From Anaerolineaceae bacterium (GTDB lineage Bacteria; Chloroflexota; Anaerolineae; Anaerolineales; Anaerolineaceae): 64,000 nucleotides of DNA. This document shows positions 60,258-64,000 of this stretch, one piece after another. The notes beneath the pieces were generated by a model. That model ran no database searches. It saw only the letters and a program-made list of their open reading frames with translations, and was not told the origin of the DNA. Numbering within the stretch: the stretch's first letter is position 1; each line of letters opens with the position of its first letter. Position numbers and translations under genes: made by a program. The DNA lies in NCBI GenBank assembly GCA_034933225.1, contig JAYFNV010000025.1, forward strand, positions 10,457 to 74,456. The letters run 5' to 3'.

Positions 60258-60581
60258 TTATTTATGTTTTTTACCGAGATGAATTCTGGAGGCTAAAACC
60301 AGGATGTTGGGCATCAGAACCATCCCCGCGGCTGCGAGAAAGCCATACAGCACAACGGTCTTCAACTGTGAGAATAGATCACTGCTGAGCATGGCCTTAT
60401 GGCCCATCAACATTATCAATGTAACTACAAAAAGATTAATAATGAAAATGAAGGTAACCGAGAACATGAAGAATTCGATGGATTTCAATGGTATCTTCTT
60501 TAGATAGCAGAAGTAACCCGCTGCGATAATACCGGGAGCCAATAATAGTACAGTTGCCATATATAAATTCTCCAGATGCAA
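60258..60581 (-). CDS. small 3-TM membrane protein (hypothetical)
   Basis: 107 aa, three hydrophobic helices, AT-rich. No family recognised. Confidence 0.45.
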   Translation of the reverse strand: MHLENLYMATVLLLAPGIIAAGYFCYLKKIPLKSIEFFMFSVTFIFIINLFVVTLIMLMGHKAMLSSDLFSQLKTVVLYGFLAAAGMVLMPNILVLASRIHLGKKHK

Positions 60582-60664
60582 CTAAGATTTCAGCTTATAT
60601 AATCTGTAATTTAAATTACTTATAAAAGGGTTTAAAACAGTAAACGATTACAAAATTCCTTGCA

Positions 60665-62281
60665 CTATTCTATCACCACATCCGGGTTGCCGTCTTCGGT
60701 CTGACCTTCGTGGGCAACCGGGCCGCCATATGCCCAGGCCTGGGGAGAAATGCCCAGACACCTGGTGGGATCTTCAGCGCGGGCGGTCAGACCCGAATAA
60801 TAATCGTGGGTGAAACCGCTGATGTTGTTGTAAAGGGAGTTGGGCAGCGAATCGGCAAAGACCTCATTTTCCATCAGGTAAGGGGCGCCGGTCAGACAGT
60901 TGACATATTGATTGGTGGTGGTGTTGATGTGGTTATCCACCACGGGGTCAGGGGTTACCCCGGCTGCATCAAAATACGCCAGAATGGAATGCCCCCATTC
61001 GTGTTTGAAAACGTTCTCCTGGTAAACAGAAACCGATTCAAACGGGATGGTGGAATAGGTCTGAGAAGTACCATTCGGGTAGGTCAACCCGCCACAATCG
61101 GTGATGTTCAGCTCGGTGCCAATGTCATCAATGCCGGTGTCGTCCCAGATCACGATCACAGAATCGTAGGCAGCGTCTTGATCTGCTTTTGTGTCTGCCA
61201 GGCTCGGGTAATAGCCGCAGAAATTTTGCAGGCTGGTGAGCGGATGGTCGGGGATGCGCACGGTCAGGGTGGGCCACAGGGCGCCGCTGGTCAATTCTGG
61301 AATATCCTTTTCCACAAATTGGGTCACCGCAGTCACGGAACGGTCCACCTCGCTGGGGGTCATTTTAGAGACAAAATGGTGCTTCCCGGCCAGGTCAAAA
61401 TAGGTGAAATCAACCTCAGGGTAGATCAAAGCCAGAATATTCCAGGTGGGCGAGGTGCGTTGGCCGGCTACAAAGTTGGCGATCAACTGCGTGTCTTCGG
61501 TCAGGGTGACCATCAGGGGATTCTCATTGCGCGAAGGCTCATTTTGCCAATGATCAAAGCGGTAGCCTGAACCCTGCAAGGGGATGGCGTGCAGGGTCAC
61601 ATGGGTGCCGTAAGCATACTGGGTACCATTATTACAATTGGGCGGAGGATAGGCTTCGATCGTCTTTCCAACCAGGGGCGGGTCCATTTTGAGCGTCAGG
61701 GTGTAGCATTGCGCGCTGTTGATGAGATCAAAGCGAATATCGTCAAACCAGGCAGTGCCCGTCACCCGGCCATCTTCTCCACCCAGGCTGGCAGCTACCT
61801 GCACATACGGCTCGTCCTTTGTGATGAAATCCAGGTAAACGTAGGTCCAATCACGGCTGCCCAACATGGGTTTGGTGTGGATCTCGGTGCCCAGAATTGC
61901 CAGACTGGCGCCCTGAACGGTGCCGTAGGGAATGCTCAATGTGCGGATCCAGCCAGAAAGGCGATAGATGGAATGCGGTCTGACAGGGATGGTTTGCACC
62001 CAGCGGGCTTCGTTTTTATATAGATTGGTGATCTTGGCACTGCGCTTGCCGGAATGGCGGAAAATATAATCCCAGGTAAACTTGCTACGTCCGATCTTCC
62101 AGCCATCTTGCTGCCAGCCCGAGATCTGATTGCCGTAGCGATGATAAGTTCCCAACTCAAAATCACCATTAAAAAGCACGTCTGCGCTGGCATTCACATT
62201 TTGGGCAGGAAAAAACAAACCGATCACGGTGATCAATACAATTAATATTCGAAAAACAGGGAGAGGCTTGGTTTTCGCCAT
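60665..62281 (-). CDS. secreted protein: CBM_4_9-like domain + InlB-B-repeat-like domain + C-terminal HExxH domain
   Basis: I prefer the start at 62281 (MAKTKPLPVFRILIVLITVIGLFFPAQNVNA|SA signal peptide). NGDFELG...WFDDIRF is the CBM-like part. HEWGHS lies at 60989-61003. Confidence 0.65.
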   Translation of the reverse strand: MAKTKPLPVFRILIVLITVIGLFFPAQNVNASADVLFNGDFELGTYHRYGNQISGWQQDGWKIGRSKFTWDYIFRHSGKRSAKITNLYKNEARWVQTIPVRPHSIYRLSGWIRTLSIPYGTVQGASLAILGTEIHTKPMLGSRDWTYVYLDFITKDEPYVQVAASLGGEDGRVTGTAWFDDIRFDLINSAQCYTLTLKMDPPLVGKTIEAYPPPNCNNGTQYAYGTHVTLHAIPLQGSGYRFDHWQNEPSRNENPLMVTLTEDTQLIANFVAGQRTSPTWNILALIYPEVDFTYFDLAGKHHFVSKMTPSEVDRSVTAVTQFVEKDIPELTSGALWPTLTVRIPDHPLTSLQNFCGYYPSLADTKADQDAAYDSVIVIWDDTGIDDIGTELNITDCGGLTYPNGTSQTYSTIPFESVSVYQENVFKHEWGHSILAYFDAAGVTPDPVVDNHINTTTNQYVNCLTGAPYLMENEVFADSLPNSLYNNISGFTHDYYSGLTARAEDPTRCLGISPQAWAYGGPVAHEGQTEDGNPDVVIE

Positions 62282-62556
62282 TTCTTCCACTTCAAAGCTG
62301 CCCGCATGGCGGGAGCCACCCAATAATTCAGTTGTACATCTGCAATGGATACGGATCAGTGCGTAAATGCTTCCATTTATTTTAGCACGACCGTTTTTCA
62401 AAGGAACGAGTTCAAAAATCAAAGGTTTACACGGACACCCGGCAAGATATCCATTTAGCCCTATTAATATTGATTCATTAAACGGTATTTAAATTAGAAT
62501 TACCTTAAGAAAGTACGGTTAGGTTGAGCCATTAACGACTGTCTGAGAAGAAGACG

Positions 62557-63060
62557 ATGACCCTATTAAATGAACCATTGAGCTTACGGCCGCTAAATAG
62601 CCAGGACGCAGACACCATTCTGAAGGTTTACTAGCAATGCGAAGATTTTCTGGCCCTCGGGCCGGTTGCAGAAGCCAGCAGAGAAATGGTGCTGGCCGAC
62701 CTGGAGCTTTCCCGCCTGGCGGGTGGCTTGTTTAGAGGTATCTTTCTGGCAAATGAGGAAATGGTCGGCGTTGTGGATGTGGTTGCGGCCGGATTCGCGG
62801 GCAACCCTGAACATGCCTTTTTGGAATTGTTGATGATTGGCGCACCATTCCGCGGTATGGGGATCGGCGAATGGGTGGTCAACGAAGTGGAGAAGGAGAT
62901 CTGTAGGGATCCGGGAGTGAAGGCGATCCTCTCTGGTGTGCAGGTAAACAACCCGGCTGCCGTTGCCTTCTGGCAAAAGATGGGCTACCAGATCGTCAGC
63001 GCAGCACATACCCTACCCGATACGACCACCGTTTTTGACCTACGCAAAGAGCTTCGCTAA
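62557..63060 (+). pseudogene. GNAT N-acetyltransferase interrupted by an in-frame TAG (codon 26)
   Basis: ATG at 62557 gives MTLLNEPLSLRPLNSQDADTILKVY-TAG(62632-62634)-QCEDFLALGPV... in the same frame as track ORF 62686..63060. The pre-stop segment looks like GNAT beta1/alpha1. GNAT core: ELLMIGAPFRGMGIGEWVV. Confidence 0.55.
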
Positions 63061-64000
63061 TTACTTGAACACGTTGCGTTTGACGATCTCTGCGATGGTC
63101 AAATTGTGACGTGCCTGTAGTTGGCTGTTCATCATCTGGATCTGTTTGCGCGGAGAATAGAAGGCCTCACTCCAGCCGTACCCGGCACAGGCGGTATCGG
63201 CAATGAAGTTGCCCTGGTCATCGCGGCCCCACCACTCGCGGTAGGCAGCATCTTCTTCTGGAGCGATGTGCAGATCAGGAATATCATAATGAGCAGAGTA
63301 ATAATAATCGGGGGGAAGGGCGTTGAGCAAGGTCTCGAACACATGCACGCGCACGTTGAAATCGCAATTCAGGTCAGATTGTGCCAGACGGCATAATCCG
63401 CGGATGGAGGCCAGCGGCGCCACCACTTCAACCTGTTTGAGGTTCTCAAAGCGCTCTTTGACCCGGGCGATCACTTCTTTCATCACCAGGCCACTGGCAA
63501 TACTATCCGCAAAGAAGGCGACTGCGATCTTTTCTTTTTGGTGGGCATCCAGGTCTTTGTCTTTGAAAATGGTCAGTTCCACTGTGCGGCTGTAGACGGG
63601 CACAGAACTATCAAACACATGGTGCGCGTCCAGCACCACCTCATCGCACAGGTAGCCGTAACTCTGGAAGATAGCGTCCTGTACCTGATATTTGAGCCCT
63701 TCGCGGGCGATGGGGAAGACAGCAATATTGTTCTGCTGATATTTATTAAATGTAGGTAACAAAATGGGGGATTGGAAGATCATGTTGATGGCGTTGCCGG
63801 TGAGGTAAGATCGCTCCGCCCCCAGACAAAGCTGCCCCGGCAGGGTGATCTGCCCGTCAAAACCTTTCAGATCGCCGTTCATGCCAATGATATGCATCAA
63901 AGAATCATCTGCTTTGCACTGACGCAGGTAGATGAACTTGGCAGTATGTTCGTTGTGATACAGCACAATATCCAGACTGCGATCATCGTTCAGCTCAAGC
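63061..64000 (-). CDS. phosphoribosyltransferase-fold (UPRT-like) protein, 5' end probably beyond the window
   Basis: IAVAFFADSIASGLVMKEVI resembles a PRPP-binding loop. The frame stays open from the GTG at 63966 to the window edge. Its stop abuts the GNAT stop (63060/63061). Confidence 0.5.
   Translation of the reverse strand, partial: LELNDDRSLDIVLYHNEHTAKFIYLRQCKADDSLMHIIGMNGDLKGFDGQITLPGQLCLGAERSYLTGNAINMIFQSPILLPTFNKYQQNNIAVFPIAREGLKYQVQDAIFQSYGYLCDEVVLDAHHVFDSSVPVYSRTVELTIFKDKDLDAHQKEKIAVAFFADSIASGLVMKEVIARVKERFENLKQVEVVAPLASIRGLCRLAQSDLNCDFNVRVHVFETLLNALPPDYYYSAHYDIPDLHIAPEEDAAYREWWGRDDQGNFIADTACAGYGWSEAFYSPRKQIQMMNSQLQARHNLTIAEIVKRNVFK

Noticed and set aside
55868-62281. Mobile genomic island or integrative element (also considered for 19629..21512)
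   Set aside because: No integrase, transposase, tRNA attachment site or terminal direct/inverted repeats were found, apart from the 23-nt terminator hairpin around 19629..21512. Only compositional deviation supports foreign origin, so both are reported as findings and not annotated as mobile elements.
62632-62634. Recoding of the in-frame TAG (pyrrolysine or suppressor read-through)
   Set aside because: TAG terminates several well-defined genes in the same window, and no pyl genes or PYLIS-like context was noticed. A nonsense mutation or a sequencing error is the simpler explanation.

Overview
64-kb stretch of a bacterial chromosome with moderately high GC and dense coding: about 52 CDS and 1 probable pseudogene. 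By eye I found no rRNA, tRNA, CRISPR array, transposase, integrase or phage genes. Most content is accessory or environment-facing: several MFS exporters, an Amt ammonium channel next to a NarL-type two-component pair, a DUF47/PiT phosphate operon, a photolyase, and small detox or resistance-type enzymes (VOC, AKR, alpha/beta hydrolases, ANT(6), GNAT). Four blocks stand out. (1) 951-10130(-) is a tightly coupled five-gene exopolysaccharide-synthase operon. Its processive GT2 carries about six N-terminal T2SSE_N/MshEN-like modules instead of a PilZ domain, and it is partnered with a BcsB-like protein, a dead-GGDEF membrane protein, a 66-aa TM protein and a GT-C-type enzyme. This is my best candidate for an undescribed c-di-GMP-controlled polysaccharide system. 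(2) 36143-45403(-) is an ABC importer followed by a three-subunit molybdenum hydroxylase of the 4-hydroxybenzoyl-CoA-reductase type, whose FAD subunit has a GltD-like NAD(P)H/FAD/Fe-S module inserted into its fold. (3) 28066-31860(+) has hypB and hypA flanking a large multi-cluster flavoprotein, with no hydrogenase in the window. (4) 55868-62281(-) is an AT-richer block with two arylsulfotransferase-like propeller proteins, a lipoprotein and a secreted CBM/HExxH protein. Non-coding signals include a family of GTAG..CTAC palindromic hairpin repeats (24.1 kb and 27.6-27.9 kb) and terminator hairpins sharing a CTTCAA-N-TTGAAG core. There is also a leader-peptide/terminator attenuator in front of a DHA3-type MFS gene, 11-bp phased repeats upstream of the phosphate operon, and a 7-2-7 palindrome upstream of the NarL-type regulator. 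All family assignments come from reading the translations and recalling family signatures, not from database searches. The taxon cannot be determined from this window; gene content gives only a weak Chloroflexota/Anaerolineae-like impression.
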